Shown: one piece after another, positions 24,201 to 36,169 of the stretch | Numbering within the stretch: the first letter of the stretch is position 1 | Layout of the letters: the number at the start of each line of letters is the position of its first letter | Assembly (NCBI GenBank): GCA_963575745.1 | Contig: CAUYUJ010000192.1 | Span: forward strand, 1-64,000 | Direction of reading: 5' to 3' | DNA length: 64,000 nt | Source: Prorocentrum cordatum | Taxonomy: Eukaryota | The notes under the pieces: generated by a model | What the model was told of the DNA's origin: nothing | Databases searched by the model: none | Seen by the model: the letters and a program-made list of their open reading frames with translations, nothing else | Made by a program: the position numbers and the translations under genes

Positions 24201-25227
24201 GCCGAACGCCAGCCAGCGCCCCGACGTCGAGCTGTGCGTCTGCCCCGGGGCTGGCATGAACCCTGGCTTGGTGAAGCTCCGCGTGAAAACCAGGAACGGG
24301 CTCGGCGTCGGCAAGAACTCAGAGCTTCTCCTCGATTACGGCGGCGACTTCAATCTCGCGCTCCCAGTGCTGGCAGGGGGGGCAGCAGAATCCATGAGGG
24401 GGCCTGTGGATAGACTCCTCGCCAGCCCTCCGAGCGCCAAGAAGCCTCGCATCGATTCCGCGCAGCGCGACGACCCCATGGACGTGGACGGCGCCGCGGA
24501 CCCGACCGCCCAGATTGAAGAGGGGGATGGCAAAGGGGCGCCAGAGCCACCGCCTGCAGACGCCGCGGCCCTTGCAACCCTCGCGGGTGGCGAGGGCGTG
24601 CCAGGAACGGCGGCCGCAGCTTCCCCCTGGCCCGATCTGTCCAAGTTCGGCAACAATGCTGTCGCGAAGATGGTGTGGGAGAGCGGACCTCGGGCGTATT
24701 GGCACGTCTCGTCCGATGCGTGCAAGCGTCTCTTCCTCGTTCGATCTGAGCCTCCTTTCACCGAGACTGCGCAGACCATCTTGGAGCAGTTCGTGGGCGG
24801 TGCGTGCGGGAAGTGCGACGCCTCTGATGACGGCCTGAACTTGCCCTTCAACTTGGCCTCGGACTCGCTCATCGTCTTCGACGGCGAGGTCATGACCTTC
24901 GAGGCGGCGTGGAAAAAGGCACTCAAGGCCAACCTGGGCATGACCATGTGGGGCTTCTATAAGGTGTCCGGCGCCGTGGACGCCGCTTCGATCGAGGCAA
25001 AGGTGACTATGCCCACATTGAACGCGTGCCGCTTGAAACCGAAGGCAGGCAGCACATTGATCGACATCCTTGCGCTTGTCAAGGACGGGGTCACTTTGAA
25101 GACCCGCGCCAAGCTCGTGCCCATGTGGCGAGTCAAGGATGGCCAGTTCTTACCTTTCGGGGCTGCGCTCGTCAATGTCAGGAGGCTCGTCGTGCCGCAG
25201 GGCACGCCGAGTGAGTTGTCCACTTGA
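21236..25227 (+). CDS. Transposon cargo gene (spliced, partly disrupted): ParB/Srx-like + HTH, amino-MTase-like fold, SET-like domain
   Basis: Exon 21236-22201 has GKYMLDDGKSTIKAL..HDEENN..TKIKLI..W..CGVAKRSSIKR. A phase-0 GC-AG intron at 22202-22423 follows. The exon from 22424 has an in-frame TAG (23156) and a one-base shift (~23311). A probable second intron lies at ~23702-23880. The last exon has RVYANANLSEG..RPDVEL..GVGKNSELLLDYGGDF. SL relic TTTTGGCTCAA at 21156-21166. Confidence 0.65.
22202..22423 (+). other. GC-AG intron, 222 bp
   Basis: AAG|GCCCGC ... CCCCGCAG|GTC. Splicing joins ORFs 21107..22246 and 22376..23158 in frame (GSRAK|VVECIA). GC donors are common in dinoflagellates. Confidence 0.65.
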
Positions 25228-26762
25228 CGTGGCTCAGGCCCGCAGGGGGGCTCACCGCTGCAGTTTTGAGGGCCCCCAGCGCTGGCCATGGCGTACTGTG
25301 CGCCCGCGTGCGTATACGCATATTTACAGACATGTGCGCGCCGCGTCAACGCCCAGGCCCGGGTTCTAGGACAACAAGGACGTAGACCAGGCCAGGACAA
25401 CAACAACAACAAAATCAGATCAACACAGGCCCAGGTTCTAGGGCAACAAGGACGTAGACCAGGCCTGGGCCTACGAACCGGCGTCGCCCAAGCAAACAAC
25501 AACCCACAGCGGTTGAACGAGTAGAAAGTCGCTCGCACCCTGCGTTGGCGACCCTCGTAGCAGCGATGATTTTGAAGCCCCGCTCGTTTTGACTCTGGCT
25601 CGAGGAGACGGCGCGCTGGCAGCGAGTCCGATGGAAACCGTATCGTCTGATGCTACAACTCCGCCCCCTTCTATTTGCTCTCCCGTTTCCCTTCGTCCTC
25701 CCCCGCGCCCCGCTGTGCTGCCCCCCGCCGCCCCCTGCCCCCCGCCCCCTCTCGCGGAAGCCGTGGCATTCGGAAGCCGCGTGAGAAGAGGCGCGCTTGC
25801 TTCGCAGTTCCGAACTATCTTGGGTCGTTTTTTTGATTGCGTTTTGGGCATCTCTCCCTGGCCCCCACTTCCTGGCCCCCAGCCGCGTCGAGGCGTCCCT
25901 GGCCGGCGGCCCAGGCGCGAAAAGGGAGCAGCGAGTCCGAGCCCGGCGATGGGCGCTGGCGGGGTCTCTCGGGAGGGGGGTCCAGGGCATTTTCGGGCAG
26001 GGCCGAGGAGGCGCGGGGGGGCGGGGGAGGGGTGGGCGGAGGGAGGGGAACAAGGCCCGCTGACAGCAACCGAGTTTGGTTGGCATCGTTCCAGTTCTCA
26101 CCAGAAGAGGCGAAGACACGGCATGAACGAATTCTGAACAGGGTCCAAAACATTCCTGCGGGTTCGTTTTGTATGTGTTATTGCGATCCCCATCCCATCG
26201 CCGATTGGACTCAAGTATGTCGCGTGGCTGCTCGATGTTAAATGTCGTTTGGTCGTCGGCCCGCCATCGCTGGCAGCATTAGTATTCAAGTGGTTTGCGC
26301 CGTTCCGCCGGCCCTCGGAAGAAGTGAACTTTGCGACGATCGTGGAAGTTTTCTAGTGGCCTTCGGCCCCATCCACCACCATGCCTGGACTCTGCGTCAG
26401 AAGCTTATTGGACGCATATATGGGGTCGCTTGAGATGCCTCTCAGTGGCTTCGTGTAAGTCTCCTAGGGGTATATGGGGGGAGGCTTCTGGGGGACTCTT
26501 GGGGGCTTCTTGGAGGCTTCTTCGGGCCGCCTCGGGGGCGCCTGTGGGGCTCTCGTGGCCTTCGCGGGGGGAAGATGTCAGCTTGTCTTCTCCCTCTTGG
26601 GCCCTTTCAGGGCCCCTCTGGGGCTGGTTTTGGGCCCTCTTGGCGGCCTCATGGGCCGTCTTGGGGCCATCTTGAGGCCCCCTTTGGCCGTCTTGGCCTA
26701 AGGCTTCCTTCAAAACCAGATTGCTCTGTTGACGAACCGCTTAAACGTAAGACCCCGGCATG

Positions 26763-28072
26763 CTGGGAGGCCCGGGGCCCATCCTGGAGAAGAAGGAGGA
26801 CATGGTGAAGGGGCACAGAGGCGCAGGACGGGGTCCAGAAGTGGCTCGACGCGCTGAATGAGGAGGCAGAGGATGATGTGGGGAGGCTGAAGAAGGGCCT
26901 CCTGGAAGCCTCGGGGGTCGCGGACGCGCACCTGGGGCACAAACGTGCCTGGAAGGAGGAGTGCCAGGGCAACGCCACGGCGCAGGAGGCCTACCGACGC
27001 ATGGGCGACTACACGGACCAGTTCTACCGTGGCAAGGGCTTCACGCTCAACATGAACTACAAGTGCTCGGCCAACAAGACCTGGGACAATCCCAGGGGAT
27101 GCTGCTCGGTGATCCGCTCGGATCGCTGGACGCAACTGCTCACCTGCGCGCAGGAGGCGGCGGGGGAGACAGGCCAGCGCTGGTGCTGCCATTGTGGTGC
27201 GCGCTACGCGACCTCCTACGGCGTCTGCGTCGAGTTGATAGAGGAAGAGCAGAACCCGCCACGTGCGTACTACATGCACGCGGAACACCCCGAGGAGGAC
27301 ATCCGCGACTTGAAGGCCCTGCTGCGCTACGACAAGCTCAAGAGGGAGGGGGTGGCGGTGTTCAGCGCTGTGGACCTCCTGAAGCACCTGCCCAAGGTCG
27401 AGCCGCTGGCGGCGGGCACCGTCTTCAAGCGCTGCGCTCCACACCAGCCGCAGTGGGAGGGCCACTATGCGCTAATGGGGGGGCTCTCCTGGGAGAGTCT
27501 GACCGAGTTCAAGTGGGCCGACCTGTGCGCGCAGGTCGCCTGGGGACTGAACGACCCAGAGTGGGCGGGCTACACCAAGAAGCAGCGGAATAGGGCCAAG
27601 AGGGGGCGCCTGGAGACGGCGTACAGGGAGCTGGCGCTCTACGAGCGCCGCCACAACCTGCGGGGGGGCAGCCTCACGGGCGGCGGGGGTGGCACAGGGG
27701 TCGCCCCGCGCGCCACCCCCGTCCGCACCGCCAGCGCCCCATCCAGCTGGCGTGGCCCGCGGCAGCCAGGACCCGCCACCACCGCCTGCTGGGGCCCCGC
27801 CAGCGGCCATCATGGCCCCGCCGCCGCCGCCGCTGACGGCGCCCCCTGCGGCGCCGCCGCCGCCGACGGACCCGCCGCCGCCGACGGGCCCGCTCCCGCG
27901 GCAGATCCCACATGTTGCCGCCCTGAACGTGGCCCTCGGCGAAGATCTCGAGCGCCAGATCTTTGGGCCCTCAGGGCAGGCGGGCGGCAGTGGCGACCTC
28001 GGGGGAGAAGTGCAAGCGCTGCCGTCGCAGGTCTTTGCAGCCATTGCGCAGGGAGCAGGCCAGTCCGCCTGA
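26763..28072 (+). pseudogene. 3' part of the Cys-rich gene split by the transposon, with a Pro-rich tail
   Basis: Frame continues from 12629 across the TSD. A one-base shift in GGGG (26810-26813) enters ORF 26878..28146 (YKCSA..GCCS, QRWCCHCGARY). A likely further shift in the G runs near 27661-27690 enters 27689..28072. Confidence 0.72.
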
Positions 28073-28716
28073 ATGATGAAACCCAGCGGGCCCACATCAT
28101 CGGATACTTTAAGCCCTCGGGGAGGCTACGTGAGTCCATGCCATGATCTCGTGCCTGCCACGCTCAGAGGTGCTGAACCTGTAAGTCTGATTACGCCCCA
28201 GCTGCAGCAACGCCGCCTTGCCCGCGAGCGCGGTGTGCCCACAGTGGTACCCCCCTCGCGCCGCGGCCCCTGTTGCTTTAGCCTCCGCTCTGCGCGCGGT
28301 CATCTGTGCGCCTAGCCACTCTGGCTTGCCAATTGGCTTGCCATCTTGGCCTCCTCTCACGCCTACTTGCGCTCGTGAGGCCCCCTGGCGGTGCCGGGGT
28401 CGCCCCGCGTGCTGCCGCGACGCCGCTGGGCGCCTAGCCATTTTGGCTTGCCATCTTGGCCTCCTCTCGCGCCTTCCTGCGCTAGTTGGCCTCGATGGCG
28501 GTGCTGGGGTCGCCCCGTGTGCTGCTGCACCGCCGCTGTCGCTTTACTTTGGGCCGTGGGGACCAGCTGCCCTCGGATAAGCGCCCGCCGCTGCATGCGC
28601 GTCAGACCCGCCCTTTCACCCAGAAGAGGTGCCCGCTACATACTGGAAATGGGGCAGCCACAAGGACGCTCTTCCCAAGGTGGTTGAGCCATGGTGATGT
28701 GGTGCACGAGACCGCC

Positions 28717-28761
<45 letters not shown>

Positions 28762-28762
28762 C

Positions 28763-28804
<42 letters not shown>

Positions 28805-28840
28805 ATATTAGTAGTAGTAGTAGTAGTAGTAGTAGTAGAA

Positions 28841-28886
<46 letters not shown>

Positions 28887-28895
28887 CGTAGTAGC

Positions 28896-28930
<35 letters not shown>

Positions 28931-28965
28931 AGTAGTAGTAGTATAGTAGTAGTAGTATAGTCGTT

Positions 28966-29020
<55 letters not shown>

Positions 29021-29070
29021 AGTCGTCGTAGTCGTAGTCGTAGTCGTAGTCAGTAGTCGTAGTCGTAGTC

Positions 29071-29149
<79 letters not shown>

Positions 29150-29256
29150 AAGTAGTAGCAGTAGTAGTAGTAGTAGTAGTAAGTAGCAGTAGCAGTAGCA
29201 GTAGCAGTAGCAGTAGCAGTAGTAGTAGTAGTAGTAGTCAGTAGTAGTAGTAGTTC

Positions 29257-29299
<43 letters not shown>

Positions 29300-29344
29300 C
29301 AGTAGTAGTAGTAGTATTAGCAGTCGTAGTAGTCGTAGGAAGTC

Positions 29345-29431
<87 letters not shown>

Positions 29432-30373
29432 TGTGTCGTCGTCGACGTCTTCGCTGTCGAATCAGCGGTAACATGCGATGTTGGTGTGGCCGCGATAGAA
29501 GTAGACGCAACGGTAGCCGGAGCGGGAGGGGGAGGGAGTGGAGGAGGAGTTGCACGAGAAGGGGTGGGGGTATCAGGCCAGTGGAGCAGCGGGGGGGGGT
29601 CAGGCTAGGAAGATGCGGATGGGCGGGCCCGAAGGCCCCCGGCGCTCGTCCTGCTGATCGCTGAGAAGGCACCGCTCCCCCGGGGGGGGGGGGGGGGGGG
29701 CGACGCACGCCAACGCTAAAGCGAGCTGCAAGGAATGTATAAGAAAGCGGATTTGCGGAGGAGAAGGAGGAGGAGGAGGAGGAGGAGGAGGAGAGAGGAG
29801 AGGGAAAAACGGCAGGACGGGGAAGGACGAGGATGGGGAGGAGGACGGGGGAGGGGGGGGAGGAGGAGGAGGAGCGAGAGGAGGGAGGAGAGGAGGAGGA
29901 GGAGGGGGGGAGGCGGAGGAGGAGGAGACGAGAGGAAAAGGAGGAGGATGAGGCGGAGGAGGAGGCGGAGGAGGAGGAGGGATGAGAGGAGGAGGAGGCG
30001 AGGAGGAGGAAGAGGTGGCGTGTCGGAGGGGGTAGGGGAGGGGGAGGAGGAGGAGGCGCAGGAGGATGGGGGGGGGATGATGGTATGTGATGTGTGCTGT
30101 GATGACGATGACGAGATGATTTAATGATGATGATGATGATGATCATGATGATGATGATGAGATGGTGATCGATGCTGATGATGCCTGATGATGCTGTGAT
30201 GATGATGCGGACGATGCTGATGGTGTTGATGATGAGGGGGAGGAGGGGGAGGAGGAGGAAGAGGAGAAGGAGGCGGAGGAGGAGGAGGATGAGGGGGTGG
30301 GGAAGGAGAGGGAAGATGAGGAACAACAGCAAGGAGGAGTAAGATGAATAGTAGCAGTAGTAGTAGTAGTAGT

Positions 30374-30413
<40 letters not shown>

Positions 30414-30427
30414 CTAGTAGTAGTAGA

Positions 30428-30471
<44 letters not shown>

Positions 30472-30563
30472 CAGTAGTAGTAGTAGTAGTGGTAGTGGTA
30501 GTGGTAGTGGTAGTGCTAGTGGTAGTCGTAGTCGTAGACGTAGACGTAGTCGTAGTCGTAGTC

Positions 30564-30633
<70 letters not shown>

Positions 30634-30712
30634 AAGAAGTAGTAGTAGTAGTAGTAGTAGTAGCTAGTAGTAGTAGTAGTAGTAGTTAGTAGTAGTAGTA
30701 GTAGTAGTAGTA

Positions 30713-30783
<71 letters not shown>

Positions 30784-31051
30784 TGTAGTAGTAGTAGCAG
30801 TCGTAGTCGTAGTCGTAGTATTATTAGTAGTAGTAGTAGTACTAGTACTAGTACTGGTACTAGTACTAGTACTAGTACTATTACTCGTACTAGTACTAGT
30901 ACTAGTACTAGTCGTAGTAGTCTTAGTAGTCGTAGTAGTAGCCGTAGGAGTAGTAGAAGAAGCTGTAGTCGCAGTAGCAGTCGTCGTAGTAGTAGTAGTA
31001 GTAGTAGTCGTCGTCGCGCTAGTCGTAGTAGTAGTTGTCTTAGTAGTAGTC

Positions 31052-31083
<32 letters not shown>

Positions 31084-31112
31084 CGTTGTCGTAGTCGTAG
31101 TCGTAATAGTAA

Positions 31113-31180
<68 letters not shown>

Positions 31181-31468
31181 ATAGTAGTAGCAGTAGTAGT
31201 AGTAGTAATAGTAGTAGTAGTAGTAGTAGTGGTGGTAGTGGTCGTAGTAGTTGTCGTCGTAGTCGTAGTCGTAGTCGTAGTGGTAGAAGTAGTAGTAGCA
31301 GTAGTAGCAGCAGCAGCGCTTGTAGTAGTAATAACAGTAGTAGTAGTAGCAGCAGTAGTAGTAGTAGCAGTAGTAGCAGTAGCAGTAGTAGTAGTAGTAG
31401 TCGTCGTCGTCGTCGTCGTTGTCGGAGTCGGAGTCGGAGACGTAGTCGTAGTCGTAGTCGTAGTAGTA

Positions 31469-31500
<32 letters not shown>

Positions 31501-31615
31501 TGTTGTAGTAGCAGTAGTAGTGGTAGTAGCAGTAGTAGTAGTAGTAGTAGTTGTTGTTGTTGTAGTAGCAGTAGCGGTAGTAGTCGTAGTAGAGGTAGTA
31601 GTCGTAGTAGTAGTC

Positions 31616-31651
<36 letters not shown>

Positions 31652-31800
31652 TTTGTGGTAGTGGTAGTAGTAGCATTAGTGGTAGTAGTAGTAGTAGTAG
31701 TAGTAGTAGTTGTAGTAGTAGTAGTAGTAGTAGTAGTCGCCGTCGTAGTAGTAGTAGTCGTAGCAGCAGCAGCAGCAGTAGTAGTAGTAAGCGTGTAGGG

Positions 31801-31840
<40 letters not shown>

Positions 31841-32219
31841 GAGTAGTAGTAGTAGTAGTAGTAGTAGTAATAGTAGTAGTAGCAGTAGTAGTAGTAGTAG
31901 TCGTAGTAGTCGTAGTAGTAGTAGTAGTCGTAGTCGTAGTCGTAGGAGTCGTCGTAATCGTAGTCGTAGCCGTAGCAGTAGAAATAATATTAGTAGCAGT
32001 GGTAGTAATATCAGTAAGAGTACTAGTAGTAGTAGGAGTAGTAGTAGTAGTCGTAGTAGTAGTCGTAGTAGTAGTCGTAGCAGTCGTAGTAATAGTAGTA
32101 GTCGATATCGATGTACTACTAGTAATGGTAGTAGTAATAGCAATAGTAATAGTAGTAGATGTCGTGGTAATAGTAGTAGAAGTAGTAGTAGCAGTAATTG
32201 TAGTAGTAGTAGTAGCAAC

Positions 32220-32250
<31 letters not shown>

Positions 32251-32262
32251 ATAGTAGTAGTA

Positions 32263-32308
<46 letters not shown>

Positions 32309-32315
32309 TAGTAGT
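28717..32315. repeat. Degenerate (AGT)n tracts with an internal GAG/GAT-rich block (~29431-30350)
   Basis: Direct reading. Confidence 0.97.
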
Positions 32316-32415
32316 NNNNNNNNNNNNNNNNNNNNNNNNNNNNNNNNNNNNNNNNNNNNNNNNNNNNNNNNNNNNNNNNNNNNNNNNNNNNNNNNNNNNN
32401 NNNNNNNNNNNNNNN
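32316..32415. other. Assembly gap (100 N)
   Basis: Run of N; continuity across it is unverified. Confidence 1.
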
Positions 32416-34019
32416 GAAGAGAAGGCGGAGGAGGAGGGGGAGGAGGAGGAGGAGGAGGAGGAGGAGGATGATGATGATGAGGAGGAGGAGGAGGAGGAGG
32501 AGGAGACACAATGTGGCTGGTGAGCGCACGCACGCACACATATTCACATACACACAAACATATGCATCTGTATATACACAGTCACATCTTTGAGTGTTTG
32601 TGTGTATATGTATACATTCACGCCATGAAACCAGTCTACCAAATCTGGATGCCAACGTCATCGACCGCTTCAAAATCTATGACCCCTCCCCAGGAACTGG
32701 TGAAAGCGTGCGCCAACCCAAGGACCGAGTCGGGGTTGCTAAATCGAATGCCGGGTGCCGAAGGTGCGGCAGGCTGAGATGGGGGGGAGGGGGGGGCGGG
32801 GGGGGGGTCCCTCGCTCCAGGCCCTCCTCGCCAGCCGGCGCTCCTTGCCGCGATCCTGCCGCCGCCCCCCCCCCTCTCCACCCACCCCGACTTGCGGGGT
32901 GAGGATTTCGCGGACGCGGAGCGGCGCATCGCCATCCAGTGCAAGCAGGCCGTCGCATTGCGCACGCCTCGCTGCCTTCGCACTGTTCGGATGCTTTCGG
33001 TTGCTGTTCGGAAATAACTCGGCGGCGAAGGAGGGGCGGGCGCCCCGTTCGCTTCGGGTCCCCCCTCCTGTTTTCACTCTCCTGTTGCTTCCCCCCATTT
33101 CCTCTCTCTGTTTCTCCTCCTCCTCCTCCTCCTCCCCGTTCCTCCTTTGTTTCTTTTTCCTCTTTTCCGCCGCCCCGTCGTCGTCATATGTTCGTGCATT
33201 GTTTTGTTTTTCTTCCCCTTGTCCTCCCTTCGCTTATCCTCCTTCATTACCTTTTCGGCCTCTACTCCCGTTCCTTTCCCTCCTTCTGTTTCCTCCTTCT
33301 TTTTCCTCTTCCTCTCCAGTGTCGTTATCCGGTCCCCGTCCTCATCGAACTTTCCCCCAGTCTCGTTGATGCTCTTATTATTTTTGTTGTTCGGTTTCGT
33401 CTGTAGTTTCGTCTGTTGTTTGGTATCATGTATGTGGTACACTGCACGTGGGGCAAATGCTGTGGTGGGACAATGCAGGTGATGCAAGTTAGGTGGTGCA
33501 ATCTCGGTGGTGTAATATACGTTTCGGTTGCGGCTTGACCTCAGATCGCTTCCGTGTAGAAAGCCGGCCATTGGGGAGGAAAAGGCTTTTACATATTCCC
33601 GGAATTGTGGATTTACGGTTGTTGTCCAAATTCTACAGTTTGATTTGTGATGGGTCGAAGCACAATCGGTTTTGCCCTTTACATTTTTCTGTTTCAAGTG
33701 TAGAATTCGCGATTTGTTCCCCACATCCAAAATGGGGTTCTTGCTTTCTTAGCACACCCTCCGCGCAGGATCTCTCATCCTCCCCCCCTCTCTCTGTGTC
33801 TTTTTTCCCCGTTCGCACACTCACTCAATCACTCACATACACACCATCGTCACTCACACTCACCCACTCACGCACTGTCATCACCATCGTCGCCATCACT
33901 CGCACATTCACTCATTTGCGCACTCATCATCATCATCATCAACATCATCATCATCCTCATCATCATCAGCAGCATCAGCATCATCATTATCATAATCCTC
34001 CTCCTCCTCCTCCTCCTCC

Positions 34020-34051
<32 letters not shown>

Positions 34052-34376
34052 TTCACTCACTCACCCATTCAGTCACTCACTCATCTCAGGCGGGATCCTC
34101 GTCTGTGAGTGAATTGCGCGGAATTCTCAGGCGGGAGCCCCCTACATATGGTGCCCGCACCTCACGTGAGTAATCCGAGCGGGTCGTCGGAATCCTGTAC
34201 CCGTCGTCATTTTGGGCTTGTTTTCCCAACCCTCCTGTGTTGGGTTCTCGTTGTGACTAGAGCAGTGTGGTCTCCACCTCCTCTCCTCCTCCTCTTCTCA
34301 TCCCTTCTCCTCCTCTCCTCCCTCTCTCCTGGTTCCTGTGTTCCCCTCTCCTCTTCTCTCGTGCCGTCAGGCTGCG

Positions 34377-35776
34377 GCGATCTGCGCAACTGTCGTCATT
34401 TTCGTGGGCTGCTGGGAGGCCCAGCGGAGGTACGTCCCACGCGGACCACCTCGGGACCTCGCCGCCCCCCGGGGGGCCTGCGATCTGCGCAATTGTCGCC
34501 ACTTTTCGTGGGCTCCTGGGAGGCCCAACGGAGTTACGTCCCATGCGGACCACCTCGGGACCTCGCCGCCCCTGGGGGGCTTGCGATCTGCGCAACTGTC
34601 GCCACTTTCGTGGGCTAGTACTTGAGTACAATCTGCACCAGTGGAGGTACGTCCCACGCGGATCACCTCGGGACCTCGCCGCGCCCTGGTGGGCTTGCGA
34701 TCTGCGCAATTGTCGCCACTTTCGTGCGCTCCTGGGAGGCCCAGCGGAGGTACGTCCCACGCGGACCACCCCGGGACCTCGCCGCCCCTGGGGGGCTTGC
34801 GATCTGCGCAATTGTCGCCACTTTCGTGGGCTCCTGGGAGGCCCAGCGGAGGTACGTCCCACGCGGACCACATCGGGACCTCGCCGCCCCCTGGGTGGCT
34901 GGCGATCTGCGCAATTGTTCTCACTTTCGTGGGCTCCTGGGAGGCCCAACGGAGGTACGTCCCATGCGGACCACCTCGGGACCTCGCCGCCCCCCAGGGG
35001 GCTTGCGATCTGCACAACTGTCGCCACTTTCGTGGGCTCCTGGGAGGCCCAGCGGAGGTACGACCCACGCGGAACACCTCGGGACCTCGCGGCCCCTTGG
35101 GGGGCTTGCGATCTGCATAACTGTCGCCACTTTCATGGGCTGCTGGGAGGCCCAGCGGAGGTACGTCCCACGCGGATCACCTCGGGACTTCGCCGCCCAC
35201 TGAGGGGCCTGCGATCTGCGCAATTGTCGCCACTTTCGTGGGCTCCTGGGAGGCCCAACGGAGTTACGTCCCATGCGGACCACCTCGGGACCTCGCCGCC
35301 CCTGGGGGGCTTGCGATCTGCGCAACTGTCGCCACTTTCGTGGGCTGCTGGGAGTCCCAGCAGAGGTACGCCCCACGCGGACCACATCGGGACCTCGCCA
35401 CCCCCCAGGGGGCTTGCGATCTGCGCAATTGTCTCCACTTTCGTGGGCTCCTGGGAGGCCCAGCGGATGTACCGGACCACCTCGGGACCTCGCCGCCCCT
35501 GGGGGGCTTGCGATCTGCGCAATTGTCGCCACTTTCGTGGGCTCTTGGGAGGCCCATCGGGGGGTACGTCCCACGCTGACCACCTGGGTACCTCGCCGCC
35601 CCAGGGGGGGCTTGCGATCTGCGCAACTGTCGCCACTTTCGTGGGCTGCTGGGAGGCCCAACGGGGGTGCGTCCCACGCGGACCACCTCGCCGCCCCTTG
35701 GGGGGCTCGCGATCTGCGCAACGGTCGCCACTTTCGTGGGCCCCTGGGAGGCCCAGCGGAGGTAACTCCCACGCGG
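34377..35776. repeat. ~103-bp tandem repeat, 14 copies
   Basis: GCGATCTGCGCAA at 34377, 34480, 34583, 34697, 34799, 34902, 35005, 35108, 35211, 35313, 35416, 35510, 35614 and 35709. Confidence 0.96.
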
Positions 35777-36169
35777 TGACTGGGTGTTCTTGCTTATCCT
35801 CGAAGCCGCGACCTTTTGCTTCCACTTTTGGGTTCTTTTCTTTGGGTTCGCTGCCGCGCCCTTTTGTCTCCACTGTTTGGTGAGTCTCCGCCCCCGTTAT
35901 GCACCTCATGCATGTGCCTCTTTCAGCGCTGAGCGTTGCTGAGTTAAACCCGTGTTCTGGTTTAGCCCTCACCGCCCGCCGTTTTTGTGTTTCTTTCAAC
36001 GCCCTTGTGCTTCCATTTTGTATGTTTGCTGTTCCTCTTCTTGATGATCTCTTCTGATGTCACTCCTGAGTGCTCTTCTTGCGCACTGCGGGTCCTTCAG
36101 AATGCCATTCAGCATTGAGTGGTCCTGAATATAAGCGCCACGTGTATACAAAGGGTTGGGTACGTCGCA

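Larger units (their letters stand above)
12630..26757 (+). mobile_element. 14,128-bp hAT-like cargo-carrying DNA transposon, 15-bp TIRs, 5-bp TSD GCATG
   Basis: CGGGGTCTTACGTTT (12630-12644) is the exact reverse complement of AAACGTAAGACCCCG (26743-26757). GCATG flanks both ends (12625-12629, 26758-26762). Both ends share a subterminal CAACAGAGCA motif. The empty site restores the frame ETMRARM|LGGPGPILEKKEDM. Confidence 0.92.
6286..28716 (+). mobile_element. Putative full extent of an (AGT)n-inserted composite retroelement (~8.3 kb once the nested DNA transposon is removed)
   Basis: Sharp junctions AGTAGT|CCCC at 6285/6286 and CCGCC|AGTAGT at 28716/28717. Removing the block restores an in-register (AGT)n tract. 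Whether the whole block moves as one unit is inferred. Confidence 0.5.

Noticed and set aside
34377..35776. Possible CRISPR array or repeat protein (538-aa ORF)
   Set aside because: Whole 103-bp units repeat with no unique spacers, the unit length is not a multiple of 3, and there are no cas genes.
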